A stretch of 64,000 nucleotides of DNA, from positions 82,756 through 146,755 of the forward strand of contig DWWS01000013.1 in the NCBI GenBank assembly GCA_019119595.1, in the 5' to 3' direction. Shown in pieces: positions 29,750 through 38,675 of this stretch. The notes beneath the pieces were generated by a model that did not search any database, was not told the DNA's origin, and was given only the letters and a program-made list of their open reading frames with translations. The stretch's first letter is position 1; each line of letters begins with the position of its first letter. The translations under genes and the position numbers were made by a program. The stretch comes from Candidatus Eisenbergiella merdavium (lineage in GTDB: Bacteria; Bacillota; Clostridia; Lachnospirales; Lachnospiraceae).

Positions 29750-31615
29750 GTGAAAAAACTGCTAATTTATCTGAAGGATTACAAAAAGGAAACGGTTCTT
29801 GCGCCGCTGTTCAAGCTGCTTGAGGCGTCGTTTGAGCTGTTCGTGCCGCTGGTCATGGCGGCCATCATCGACAACGGGATCGCGAACGGGGACATGGGAT
29901 ACATCGGAAGGATGTGCCTGGTGCTGATCGCGCTGGGGATCATCGGCCTGACCTGCTCCATCACGGCGCAGTATTTTGCCGCGAAGGCGGCGGTGGGCTT
30001 TGCGGCCCAGATGAAAAAGGCCCTGTTTTCCCATATCCAGAGCCTTTCCTTTACGGAAATGGACACGGTGGGAACCTCCACGCTGATCACGCGCATGACC
30101 AGCGACGCCAACCAGGTGCAGAACGGCGTGAACATGGTGCTCCGCCTGTTCCTGCGTTCCCCCTTCATCGTGTTCGGCGCCATGATCATGGCGTTTACCA
30201 TCGATATCAAATCCGCGCTGGTGTTCGTGGCGGCGATCCCCCTGCTTTCCCTGGTGGTGTTCGGGATCATGGTCGTCACAACGCCCATGTACCGGAGGGT
30301 GCAGGGCGGCCTGGACGCGGTGATGGGAATTACGAGAGAAAACCTCACCGGCGTGCGGGTGCTGCGCGCTTTTAATAAGGAAGAAAGCGAGCTTGCCCGC
30401 TTTGAGGAGGCGAACGGTGCGCTGGCGCAGATGCAGAAAGCTGTGGCAAGATTGTCCGCCCTGATGAACCCGGTCACCTATATCATCATCAACGGCGCGG
30501 TGATCGCTCTGGTCTGGACGGGAGCCTGGCAGGTAGAAAACGGAGTGATCACCCAGGGCGAGGTGGTGGCCCTGGTCAATTACATGTCCCAGATCCTTGT
30601 GGAGCTGATCAAGCTGGCGAACCTGATCGTCACGATCACCAAGGCCATCGCCTGCGGAAACCGCATCCAGAGCATTTTTGAGATGCAGACCAGCCTTTCC
30701 GACCCGCAGGAAGCCGGGGGCACTCCGGCCGCCGGGGCCGCGCAGACCGCCGGAGAAGCACAGATCGCCGGAGCTGCTCCGACCGCCGATACAGCGCAGA
30801 CCGCCGGAGGCGCTCCGACTGCCGGAGAGAGCGCGCAGGCCGTTCCTTCCGTCTCTTTTGAGCATGTATGCCTGACCTATAAAAATGCGGGAGCCGAATC
30901 CCTGACGGACATCGATTTCAAAGCCTGGCCCGGCCAGACCATCGGCGTCATCGGCGGCACCGGCTCCGGAAAATCCTCCCTGGTGAACCTGATCCCCCGT
31001 TTTTACGACGTGACGAAGGGAAGGGTCCTGGTGGACGGACGGGATGTGCGGGATTATCCCCTGTCGGAGCTTCGCGGCAGGATCGGCATGGTGCTCCAGA
31101 AGGCCGTACTGTTTGAGGGCACCATCCGGGAAAACCTGCGCTGGGGCAAGGAGGACGCCTCCGACGAGGAGCTGTACCGGGCGCTGGATATTTCCCAGGC
31201 GAGGGAATTTGTGGAGGAAAAGGACGGCGGCCTGGACGCCCGTGTGGCACAGGGCGGCAAAAACCTCTCCGGCGGCCAGAAGCAGCGCCTTACCATAGCC
31301 CGTGCTCTGGTCAGACAGCCCTCCATCCTCGTTCTGGACGACAGCGCGTCGGCGCTTGACTATGCCACCGACGCGAAGCTGCGCAGGGCGATCCGCGATA
31401 TGGAGGGCGGCCCCACCGTATTCATCGTTTCCCAGCGAGCGGCCTCCATCCGACACGCGGATCAGATCATCGTGCTGGACGACGGCGAGGTTGCGGGGAT
31501 CGGCACCCATGATGAGCTGCTGAAAGGCTGCGCGGCCTATCAGGAGATTTATTACTCCCAGTTTGAGAAAAAAGAAGCGGCAAAAACGAGCGCTTCGGCA
31601 TGGAGGCAGGATTGA
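29750..31615 (+). CDS. Heterodimeric multidrug-type ABC exporter, subunit A
   Basis: GGTGSGKSS, LSGGQKQR, degenerate LDDS and SQR switch. Confidence 0.92.
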   Translation: MKKLLIYLKDYKKETVLAPLFKLLEASFELFVPLVMAAIIDNGIANGDMGYIGRMCLVLIALGIIGLTCSITAQYFAAKAAVGFAAQMKKALFSHIQSLSFTEMDTVGTSTLITRMTSDANQVQNGVNMVLRLFLRSPFIVFGAMIMAFTIDIKSALVFVAAIPLLSLVVFGIMVVTTPMYRRVQGGLDAVMGITRENLTGVRVLRAFNKEESELARFEEANGALAQMQKAVARLSALMNPVTYIIINGAVIALVWTGAWQVENGVITQGEVVALVNYMSQILVELIKLANLIVTITKAIACGNRIQSIFEMQTSLSDPQEAGGTPAAGAAQTAGEAQIAGAAPTADTAQTAGGAPTAGESAQAVPSVSFEHVCLTYKNAGAESLTDIDFKAWPGQTIGVIGGTGSGKSSLVNLIPRFYDVTKGRVLVDGRDVRDYPLSELRGRIGMVLQKAVLFEGTIRENLRWGKEDASDEELYRALDISQAREFVEEKDGGLDARVAQGGKNLSGGQKQRLTIARALVRQPSILVLDDSASALDYATDAKLRRAIRDMEGGPTVFIVSQRAASIRHADQIIVLDDGEVAGIGTHDELLKGCAAYQEIYYSQFEKKEAAKTSASAWRQD

Positions 31616-31748
31616 AAAATGTGCCAGGTAGCACATTTTTCAATCCGGATTTGCGCCGAAGCGTCGCAAATCCCGTGATCGCAGCGTAGAAATCACATAC
31701 GCGATTTCTACGCGCGTACCTCAGCGCTAAAGCGCTTCGGAATGGAGG
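31589..31748. repeat. Triple-hairpin intergenic element flanked by an 18-bp direct repeat
   Basis: agcgcttcgg(c/a)atggagg at 31589 and 31731 flanking three palindromes. Confidence 0.7.
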
Positions 31749-31753
31749 TAAAT

Positions 31754-33526
31754 ATGGCAAAGGAAAAACTGGATCGTTCCAGACAGAAGGACACCTTTAT
31801 CAAGGTGCTGAAATATATGAAGCCCTACTGGTTTTATCTTGCGCTCTCCCTGCTTCTAGCGGCGGTGACGGTGGCGCTGACTTTGTACCTTCCCAAGCTG
31901 ACGGGCTTCGCGGTGGACCGGATCATCGAACAGGGAAGGGTGGATTTCGCGGGGATCCTGCAGATCCTGAAGCTGATGGCGGCGACCATCCTGATCACGG
32001 CAGCCGCCCAGTGGATCATGAATATCTGCAACAACAAGATGACCTATGAGATCGTGCGCGATATCCGAAACGAGGCATTCCGGAAGATCGAGATCCTTCC
32101 CTTAAAATATGTGGACGCTCATTCCTACGGCGAGATCACCAGCCGGGTCATCGCGGACGTGGATCAGTTCGCGGACGGCCTGCTGATGGGCTTCACCCAG
32201 CTTTTTACAGGAGTGATGACCATACTGGGAACGCTTCTGTTCATGCTGACCACCGACCTTGGGATCACGCTGGTGGTGGTGCTGATCACGCCCCTTTCCT
32301 TCTTCGTTGCGGCCTTCATCGCAAAGCGCACCTTCACCATGTTCCGGGTGCAGTCGGAGACAAGAGGGGAGCAGACGGCCCTGATCGACGAGATGATCGG
32401 AAACCAGAAGGTGGTGCAGGCCTTCGGCTATGAAAAAAAAGCGGAGGAGCGCTTTGACGAGATCAACGAAAGACTGCGCTCCTGCTCCTTACGCGCGATC
32501 TTCTATTCCTCCATCACCAATCCGGCCACCCGCTTCGTCAACAACGTGGTGTATGCGGGTGTGGGGCTGGTGGGAGCCCTTTCCGCGGTGATGGGCCGCA
32601 TCAGCGTGGGAGATCTGTCCTGCCTGTTGAGCTACGCCAACCAGTATACCAAGCCCTTCAACGAGATTTCCGGCGTGGTGACGGAGCTGCAGAACGCGCT
32701 GGCCTGCGCGGCGCGGATCTTTGAGCTGATCGAGGAGGAGCCGCAGACGCCGGAGAAGGAAAACGCGGCGGTGCTTTCCGAAAGAGTGGGAGGGGTTCAG
32801 GGAAATGTGGAGCTGTCCCATGTGTATTTTTCCTATACAAAGGAGCAGAAGCTGATCGAGGACTTCAACCTGCGCGTGCGCCCCGGCCAGAGGATCGCCA
32901 TCGTGGGCCCTACGGGCTGCGGAAAGACCACGCTGATCAACCTGCTGATGCGCTTTTACGATGTGACGGGAGGAGAGATCCGCGTGGAGGGCTGCGACGT
33001 GCGGGATGTGACGAGAAAAAGCCTGCGGGCAAGCTTCGGCATGGTGCTTCAGGATACCTGGCTGAAGGCCGGGACCATCCGGGACAATATCGTGATGGGA
33101 AAACCGGACGCCACCGAGGAGGAGATCGTCGCGGCGGCGAAGGCCTCCCACGCCCACAGCTTCATCAAGCGTCTGCCAAACGGGTATGATACGGTGATCA
33201 CGGAAGAGGGCGGCGGCCTTTCTCAGGGCCAGAAGCAGCTTCTGTGCATCACACGGGTGATGCTCTGCCTTCCCCCCATGCTGATCCTGGACGAGGCCAC
33301 CTCCTCCATCGACACCCGGACGGAAATGCGGATCCAGGAGGCTTTCGCGCGCATGATGAAGGGCCGCACCAGCTTCATCGTGGCTCACCGGCTTTCCACC
33401 ATCCGCGAGGCCGACGTGATCCTGGTCATGCGGGACGGCCATATCGTGGAACAGGGGCGGCATGAGGAGCTTCTTGAAAAAAACGGCTTTTACGCCGGGC
33501 TGTATAACAGCCAGTTCGCTTTATAA
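31754..33526 (+). CDS. Heterodimeric multidrug-type ABC exporter, subunit B
   Basis: GPTGCGKTT, LSQGQKQ, LDEATS, AHRL. Confidence 0.92.
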   Translation: MAKEKLDRSRQKDTFIKVLKYMKPYWFYLALSLLLAAVTVALTLYLPKLTGFAVDRIIEQGRVDFAGILQILKLMAATILITAAAQWIMNICNNKMTYEIVRDIRNEAFRKIEILPLKYVDAHSYGEITSRVIADVDQFADGLLMGFTQLFTGVMTILGTLLFMLTTDLGITLVVVLITPLSFFVAAFIAKRTFTMFRVQSETRGEQTALIDEMIGNQKVVQAFGYEKKAEERFDEINERLRSCSLRAIFYSSITNPATRFVNNVVYAGVGLVGALSAVMGRISVGDLSCLLSYANQYTKPFNEISGVVTELQNALACAARIFELIEEEPQTPEKENAAVLSERVGGVQGNVELSHVYFSYTKEQKLIEDFNLRVRPGQRIAIVGPTGCGKTTLINLLMRFYDVTGGEIRVEGCDVRDVTRKSLRASFGMVLQDTWLKAGTIRDNIVMGKPDATEEEIVAAAKASHAHSFIKRLPNGYDTVITEEGGGLSQGQKQLLCITRVMLCLPPMLILDEATSSIDTRTEMRIQEAFARMMKGRTSFIVAHRLSTIREADVILVMRDGHIVEQGRHEELLEKNGFYAGLYNSQFAL

Positions 33527-33627
33527 TAATGGAAAATGCCGGCAGGCAGGTCTGCGAAGGAGCATGCGGACCTGCCTGAACTTTTATGAAGATTGGGTAA
33601 AAGGCAATTTTTGTATGCAGGTGGACG

Positions 33628-33656
33628 TTGATTTTTGGGAAGCCAGACGATACAAT
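33628..33656 (+). promoter_or_regulatory. Putative sigma70 promoter of the partner-switching operon
   Basis: TTGATT-17 bp-TACAAT, downstream of a hairpin at about 33543-33578. Confidence 0.55.
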
Positions 33657-33701
33657 AAATTATATATTGGCTTTTACCGGAAAACCGGAATGGAGGAAAA
33701 A

Positions 33702-34004
33702 ATGGAAATCAGAAAGAATATGGAAAACGCAACTCTTACGATCGGGCTTGAAGGAAGACTGGATACGATGACCGCGCCGGAGCTGGAGGAGGAGATCAGA
33801 AACAGCGCCGCAGGGGCGGAGAGGATCATTCTTGACTTCACCCTGCTGGATTATATCTCCAGCGCGGGGCTGAGGGTGCTTCTGAGCACGCAGAAGAAGA
33901 TGAACGCGTCCGGCGGAAGCCTGGTGATCAGGAAGCCCAATGAGGTGGTTTCCGAGGTGTTCGAAGCCACAGGCTTTGCGGATATTCTGGAAATCGAGGA
34001 GTAA
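33702..34004 (+). CDS. STAS-domain anti-sigma antagonist (RsbV/SpoIIAA-like)
   Basis: LEGRLD, LDFTLLDYISSAGLRVLL with the phosphoacceptor Ser, VFEATGF. RBS ggagg. Confidence 0.9.
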   Translation: MEIRKNMENATLTIGLEGRLDTMTAPELEEEIRNSAAGAERIILDFTLLDYISSAGLRVLLSTQKKMNASGGSLVIRKPNEVVSEVFEATGFADILEIEE

Positions 34005-34031
34005 GTGTGAAAAAAGGAGAACCGGACCGGC

Positions 34032-35153
34032 ATGAATGCGTTTTGGGAAAATATCAGGTGCGTGGTCACAGGAAGGTATGCGGAAGGGAAGACGGATCTG
34101 AATACCCTGTCTGATCCGGCGCTGATCCGGATCGACCGGAAAACGGTGACACCCTCCCTGAAGAGGGTTCCGAGGCTGTCAGGGAAGCAGAGAAGGGCAG
34201 TGCGAAGCTTTTACCGCCCCTATGTCCGCTGGATGACGGACCGCTATCACCGCTATTATACCGCCAAAAACGGTGTGTTCCGTCCGGATTACCTGCCGGA
34301 GGAGCTGTACGTGACGCAGGTGGACCGGTTTTTCAGCGACAGGCAGGAGGCCCGGTTCCTGGACAATAAATGCTATTATTACCGTCTGTTTTCCAATGTG
34401 AAGCAGCCGGAGCTCATCGGGATGAGGATCGGCGGAAGCTGGCTGGACGGCAGGCTTCTTCCGGTCTCTTATGACTGCCTGAAAAAAAGGGCGGCGGCGG
34501 AGCCGGAGCTGGTGATCAAACGGGCCGTCAATTCCCAGGGAGGCTACGGGGTGAGCTTCCTTAAGGGAAGCGGGAATGAAAGAGGGCTGGAGGAGCGGAT
34601 CAGGGGGATTCCCTGCGATCTGGTGATCCAGCGGCCGGTCCGGCAGCACCCGGAGCTCTCCCGGCTGCATCCGGAATCCGTGAACACGCTGCGGATCGTT
34701 TCCCTTCTGACGGAGGAAAAAGTGAAGATCTATGCGGTCTGCCTGAAGATCGGAGTGGGAAAGGAGCGGGTGGACAACGGCTGTCACGGCGGCATTTACT
34801 GCGGCGTCCGTCCGGACGGGAGGCTGAGAAGGCTTGGAGTGATGGACGACGGGCGGACGACGGAGCGCCACCCGCAGCTTGGCTATCGCTTTGCGGACTG
34901 CAGGGTTCCCTGTCTGAACAGCGCTCTTAAGCTGGTGCGCCGGGCGCATCCCATGATGGGGCACTGTCGCCTGATCTCCTGGGATGTGGCGATCGGTGAG
35001 GATGGAGAAGCGGTGCTGATCGAGGCGAACCTCTCTCTTGGAGGGATCAACGACGTTCAGATCTGCTCCGGGCCCCTGTTCGGCCGGGATACACGGAAGA
35101 TCCTGGATGAGGTGTTTGCAGGAAGAAAACGGAAATGGACCACCTGGCTTTAG
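34032..35153 (+). CDS. ATP-grasp ligase (sugar-transfer-associated / glutamate-ligase-like family)
   Basis: LDNK, VIKRAVNSQGGYGV, QHPEL..L...SVNTLRIV, VDN, ISWDVAIGEDGEAVLIEAN. Confidence 0.8.
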   Translation: MNAFWENIRCVVTGRYAEGKTDLNTLSDPALIRIDRKTVTPSLKRVPRLSGKQRRAVRSFYRPYVRWMTDRYHRYYTAKNGVFRPDYLPEELYVTQVDRFFSDRQEARFLDNKCYYYRLFSNVKQPELIGMRIGGSWLDGRLLPVSYDCLKKRAAAEPELVIKRAVNSQGGYGVSFLKGSGNERGLEERIRGIPCDLVIQRPVRQHPELSRLHPESVNTLRIVSLLTEEKVKIYAVCLKIGVGKERVDNGCHGGIYCGVRPDGRLRRLGVMDDGRTTERHPQLGYRFADCRVPCLNSALKLVRRAHPMMGHCRLISWDVAIGEDGEAVLIEANLSLGGINDVQICSGPLFGRDTRKILDEVFAGRKRKWTTWL

Positions 35154-35239
35154 CGGCAGGGCCCGGAGACCGGACGGCTGCAGGGAGGGCCTGACAAGGC
35201 TGAGGAGAAGGCTCAGAAGGGAGGCTCTGGGAGGAATGT

Positions 35240-37081
35240 ATGCTTCGGGATGATCATTTTTTACGAAGGGAATACGGGCGGACGCTGATCCCCGTGATGT
35301 TTTCGGTCCTTGCGGGCACCATCAATACGCTGATAGACAGCGCGTTTGTGGCGCAGCGGATCGGAAACGACGCGCTGGCCGCCGTAAATATGTGCGGGCC
35401 GCTTTATCAGGTGATCTGTACGCTGGGATCTCTCCTGGCCGGCGGCGCTTCCATCCTGTCCTCCCGGGAGGCGGGAAGGGATGAGATGGAAAAAAGCCGG
35501 GGCTATTATCATACTGCCCTGCTTCTTGGCAGCGCGTTTGGAGCGGCGGCGACCGCAGCGGGACTTTGGCTCTGCGGCCCTGTATCGGCGCTGCTGTCCC
35601 AGGGCAGCGGGCTGACCGGCTATGTTTACGATTACTGCTTCGCCACCTTCGCAGGTCTGATCCCGGTTGTGATCGCCTATATCCCCCTTTATTATCTCCA
35701 GCTGGAGGGAAAGGGGAAGGAGATCATGATCATGATGGGGATCGTGATCGGCGTCGATTTTGTTCTGGACGCGGTGTTTCTGTACGGGCTTGACCTGGGC
35801 ATGGGAGGAGCGGCCGCGGCCAGCGTGCTTTCCATGGCCGCCTCCTGTGTTTACGGCTTTTTCATGCTCCAGCGGGAGCATTCCGCTTATCGGTTTGATG
35901 CGCGGCTTTTGGGGATCCGGGGATGGAGGGAGATCATAAAATACGGAAGTCCGGTGGCGGTGGGAAACTTCCTGGATGCGCTCAGGCTGTTCCTCTTAAA
36001 TTCCCTCATCCTCCGGGCGCTTGGCGCGGAGGGAGCCGCCGTCTGGGCGGTGCTCAACAGCCTGTCCGAGCTGTCACTCTGCATTTCCTCAGGCGTACCC
36101 CAGGCAGCCGGGCCGATGATCGCGGTGTTTCATTCCGTGCGCGAAAACAGCGGAATCCGGATCCTGATGCGGCTTCAGATGCGGGCGGGGCTTGCGCTCA
36201 CATCCGCCTACGTGCTTGCACTCCTCTTGTTCAGCCGTGGCATACAGGCCCTGTTCGCTCTGCCAAAGCCTGTTTTCCTGCCGCTGCTGTGTCTGGGCAT
36301 ATCCCTGTTTTTTGAATTGATCTGCAGCGTGTGGAGCTCTTTTTTCAATTCCACGGATCAGATCATGCTTTCCAATATTCTGGTGGGAATGAAGCGCTTT
36401 CTTTTTCCTCTGGCAGCGGCGTTTGTTCTCTCGGTTTCGGGAGAGCTGCTGTGGGCCTTCCTTCCCGTAAGCGGCATGCTTTCCGTGGTCGGAGGGGCCG
36501 CCGCGGTGGCCGTTCCGGCTTTTGACAGCCGCAGGACGGACCATCCACTGTCCGGCATTCTTCTGCTGGACGACTATCTGGAACGGGAAGGGCTGGTGCT
36601 TGACTTTTCCATCGCCCCGTCGGAGCAGAATATCTGCGAGGCCAGCGAGCGGATCCGGGATTTCTGTATCGGGAACCATATGGATCCAAAGGGGATGAAC
36701 CGGATCAGCATGGCGATCGAGGAGCTGCTTATGGTGATGAAGGAGGCAAATCCGGAAATGAAAAGCGTGGATCTGAGGGTATTCGCGCTGGAGGAGGCGA
36801 CGGGGATCCGGATCAGATGCGCGGGAGAGCGTTATGATCCGTTTGAAAGGCGGCGCGCGGGGAAAATGGCGGAGGAAAATGAGGAGACGGAGCTTTTCTT
36901 TCTCGGCGTGAGCATGCTGCAGAATCTGGCGCAGGAGATCAGCCACAGCTATACGCTCGGGATGAACACCCTGTATATGAGCTTTCTGAGGAATGGGAAA
37001 AAGGAAAATTATGGACTGGACGAAAACGACGGCGGAGCCCTGGCTGACCGCCGCATGCGCGCAGGCCGTGCGGATCAATGA
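35240..37081 (+). CDS. MATE-family transporter with C-terminal RsbW/HATPase-like domain
   Basis: IDSAFVAQRIGNDALAAV and LGMGGAAAASVLS MATE motifs with about 12 TM segments. Soluble tail ISMAIEEL...RCAGERYDP...LG. Confidence 0.82.
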   Translation: MLRDDHFLRREYGRTLIPVMFSVLAGTINTLIDSAFVAQRIGNDALAAVNMCGPLYQVICTLGSLLAGGASILSSREAGRDEMEKSRGYYHTALLLGSAFGAAATAAGLWLCGPVSALLSQGSGLTGYVYDYCFATFAGLIPVVIAYIPLYYLQLEGKGKEIMIMMGIVIGVDFVLDAVFLYGLDLGMGGAAAASVLSMAASCVYGFFMLQREHSAYRFDARLLGIRGWREIIKYGSPVAVGNFLDALRLFLLNSLILRALGAEGAAVWAVLNSLSELSLCISSGVPQAAGPMIAVFHSVRENSGIRILMRLQMRAGLALTSAYVLALLLFSRGIQALFALPKPVFLPLLCLGISLFFELICSVWSSFFNSTDQIMLSNILVGMKRFLFPLAAAFVLSVSGELLWAFLPVSGMLSVVGGAAAVAVPAFDSRRTDHPLSGILLLDDYLEREGLVLDFSIAPSEQNICEASERIRDFCIGNHMDPKGMNRISMAIEELLMVMKEANPEMKSVDLRVFALEEATGIRIRCAGERYDPFERRRAGKMAEENEETELFFLGVSMLQNLAQEISHSYTLGMNTLYMSFLRNGKKENYGLDENDGGALADRRMRAGRADQ

Positions 37082-38675
37082 GGATAATCTGAAAAAAATC
37101 CTTGCGGATAATCAGGATACCATATTCGGAAGGGAGCGGAGCTTTGCCTCCATCCATTCCGCTGAAGAATACAGAAGGCGGATTCCGCTTTTTACCTACG
37201 CCGGGCTGCAGCCCTATATCGAACGGATGAGGGCGGGAGAGGAGAACGTTCTGACGGCATATCCCGTGGCGGGCTTCTGTACCACCTCCGGCACGGAAGG
37301 GGAGCCGAAGTACATTCCGGTATCCGAAACGGCGCTGGAACGGTTTGGCGGCCGGATCGAATGGTACAAGAATCTTGTTCACGGAAAGGCCGGCGGAAAG
37401 CGTCTGTTCGTCAATGGCTTCCGGATCGGACTTTCGCAGAAAAAGGAGGAATATCTTCTGTCTGAGCTGTATTATCAGCGCCTGTTCCGGGAGGGGCTTC
37501 TTCCCTTCTCCGAGTTCGCGGGCGGGGAGGAGACGCTGTTCGGACAGAAGGGAAACGACATGCTCTACGTTAAGGTATGGACCGCTTTTGCCGCAGAGGA
37601 CGTCACCACCATAGAATCCATCTTTCTGTATGATCAGCTGCTTTTCTTCCAGTACATGCAGAAGCATTGGAGGAGTATTCTGAAGCATATGGCAGAAAAA
37701 AGGATTCCGGACAGGATCCGGCTTACGGAGAAGACCAGGACGCGGCTTTTGTCCATGCCTGTGAGCAGGACCAGGCTTCAGCAGGCGGCGGAGGAGTGCA
37801 GGAAGGGCTTTGACGGGATTGCTGAACGGCTTTGGAGCGGCCTCGTTCTTTCCAGCGGCATCAGCAACGCGGCCTTTGAGGCGGAGGATAAAAGCCTGCG
37901 CAGATATCTGGGAAAGATTCCGGTTTACTATTTTGCCTATGTCGCCTCGGAATGCCACATGGGAGTGGCGCTGCAAAAGGAGGACTGCCGCTATGTGATG
38001 CTTCCGGAGAGCGCCTTTTATGAATATCTCCCCTGGCGGCAGGATGAGGAGGATGAAGCGGAGGAAACGCTGCTTCCGGGACAGGTTCAGGAGGGCGGGC
38101 TTTATGAGCTGGTGCTGACCACCTTTTCCGGGCTGTACCGGTACCGACTGGGAGATGTGGTCAGGGTGACAGGCTTCCTCGGAGAAAGTCCTGTTGTGGA
38201 ATTTGTACTTCGAAAGAATCAGCTGTTGAATGTGGCGGGAGAAAAAATGAGCATTTTTCAGGCGGAGCGCGCCGTCCTGAAGCTGATCCGGGAGACGGGG
38301 CTTCCCATATGCCGCTACTGCATCGGCCAGCTTACCTGGAAATGCCCCTCCGGATACGGCGCCGTATTTGAGCTGGAGGAAAAGATAACCGCAGCCTCTG
38401 AAAAGCAGGAGGAGGGCCGCCCGGATGAGAGACTTACGGCAAAATGTCTGGACCGGGCGCTGGGAGAGCAGAATCCGGACTATCTGGATGTGAGAAAGCT
38501 CGGCTTTTTGAAAAGGCCCGAGGTGCTGTTCCTTGGAGCGGAGGAGTACACCGCGTTTCAGGAGGAATGCGGCCTGACGGGAGGCCACGGAAAGCCGAGG
38601 CATGCGGCGGGCGGGATTGAAGAGAAGGTATGGAAAAGGTGGAAAGAGGAAGGAAAAAGGAGAACAGAGGCGTGA
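37011..38675 (+). CDS. GH3 (auxin-responsive) family acyl-acid amido synthetase-like protein
   Basis: NQDTIFGR, TTSGTEGEPKYIP, YVASE, YELVLTTFSGLYRYRLGDVV, LNVAGEK, NPDY. Start 36993 or 37011. Confidence 0.85.
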   Translation: MDWTKTTAEPWLTAACAQAVRINEDNLKKILADNQDTIFGRERSFASIHSAEEYRRRIPLFTYAGLQPYIERMRAGEENVLTAYPVAGFCTTSGTEGEPKYIPVSETALERFGGRIEWYKNLVHGKAGGKRLFVNGFRIGLSQKKEEYLLSELYYQRLFREGLLPFSEFAGGEETLFGQKGNDMLYVKVWTAFAAEDVTTIESIFLYDQLLFFQYMQKHWRSILKHMAEKRIPDRIRLTEKTRTRLLSMPVSRTRLQQAAEECRKGFDGIAERLWSGLVLSSGISNAAFEAEDKSLRRYLGKIPVYYFAYVASECHMGVALQKEDCRYVMLPESAFYEYLPWRQDEEDEAEETLLPGQVQEGGLYELVLTTFSGLYRYRLGDVVRVTGFLGESPVVEFVLRKNQLLNVAGEKMSIFQAERAVLKLIRETGLPICRYCIGQLTWKCPSGYGAVFELEEKITAASEKQEEGRPDERLTAKCLDRALGEQNPDYLDVRKLGFLKRPEVLFLGAEEYTAFQEECGLTGGHGKPRHAAGGIEEKVWKRWKEEGKRRTEA

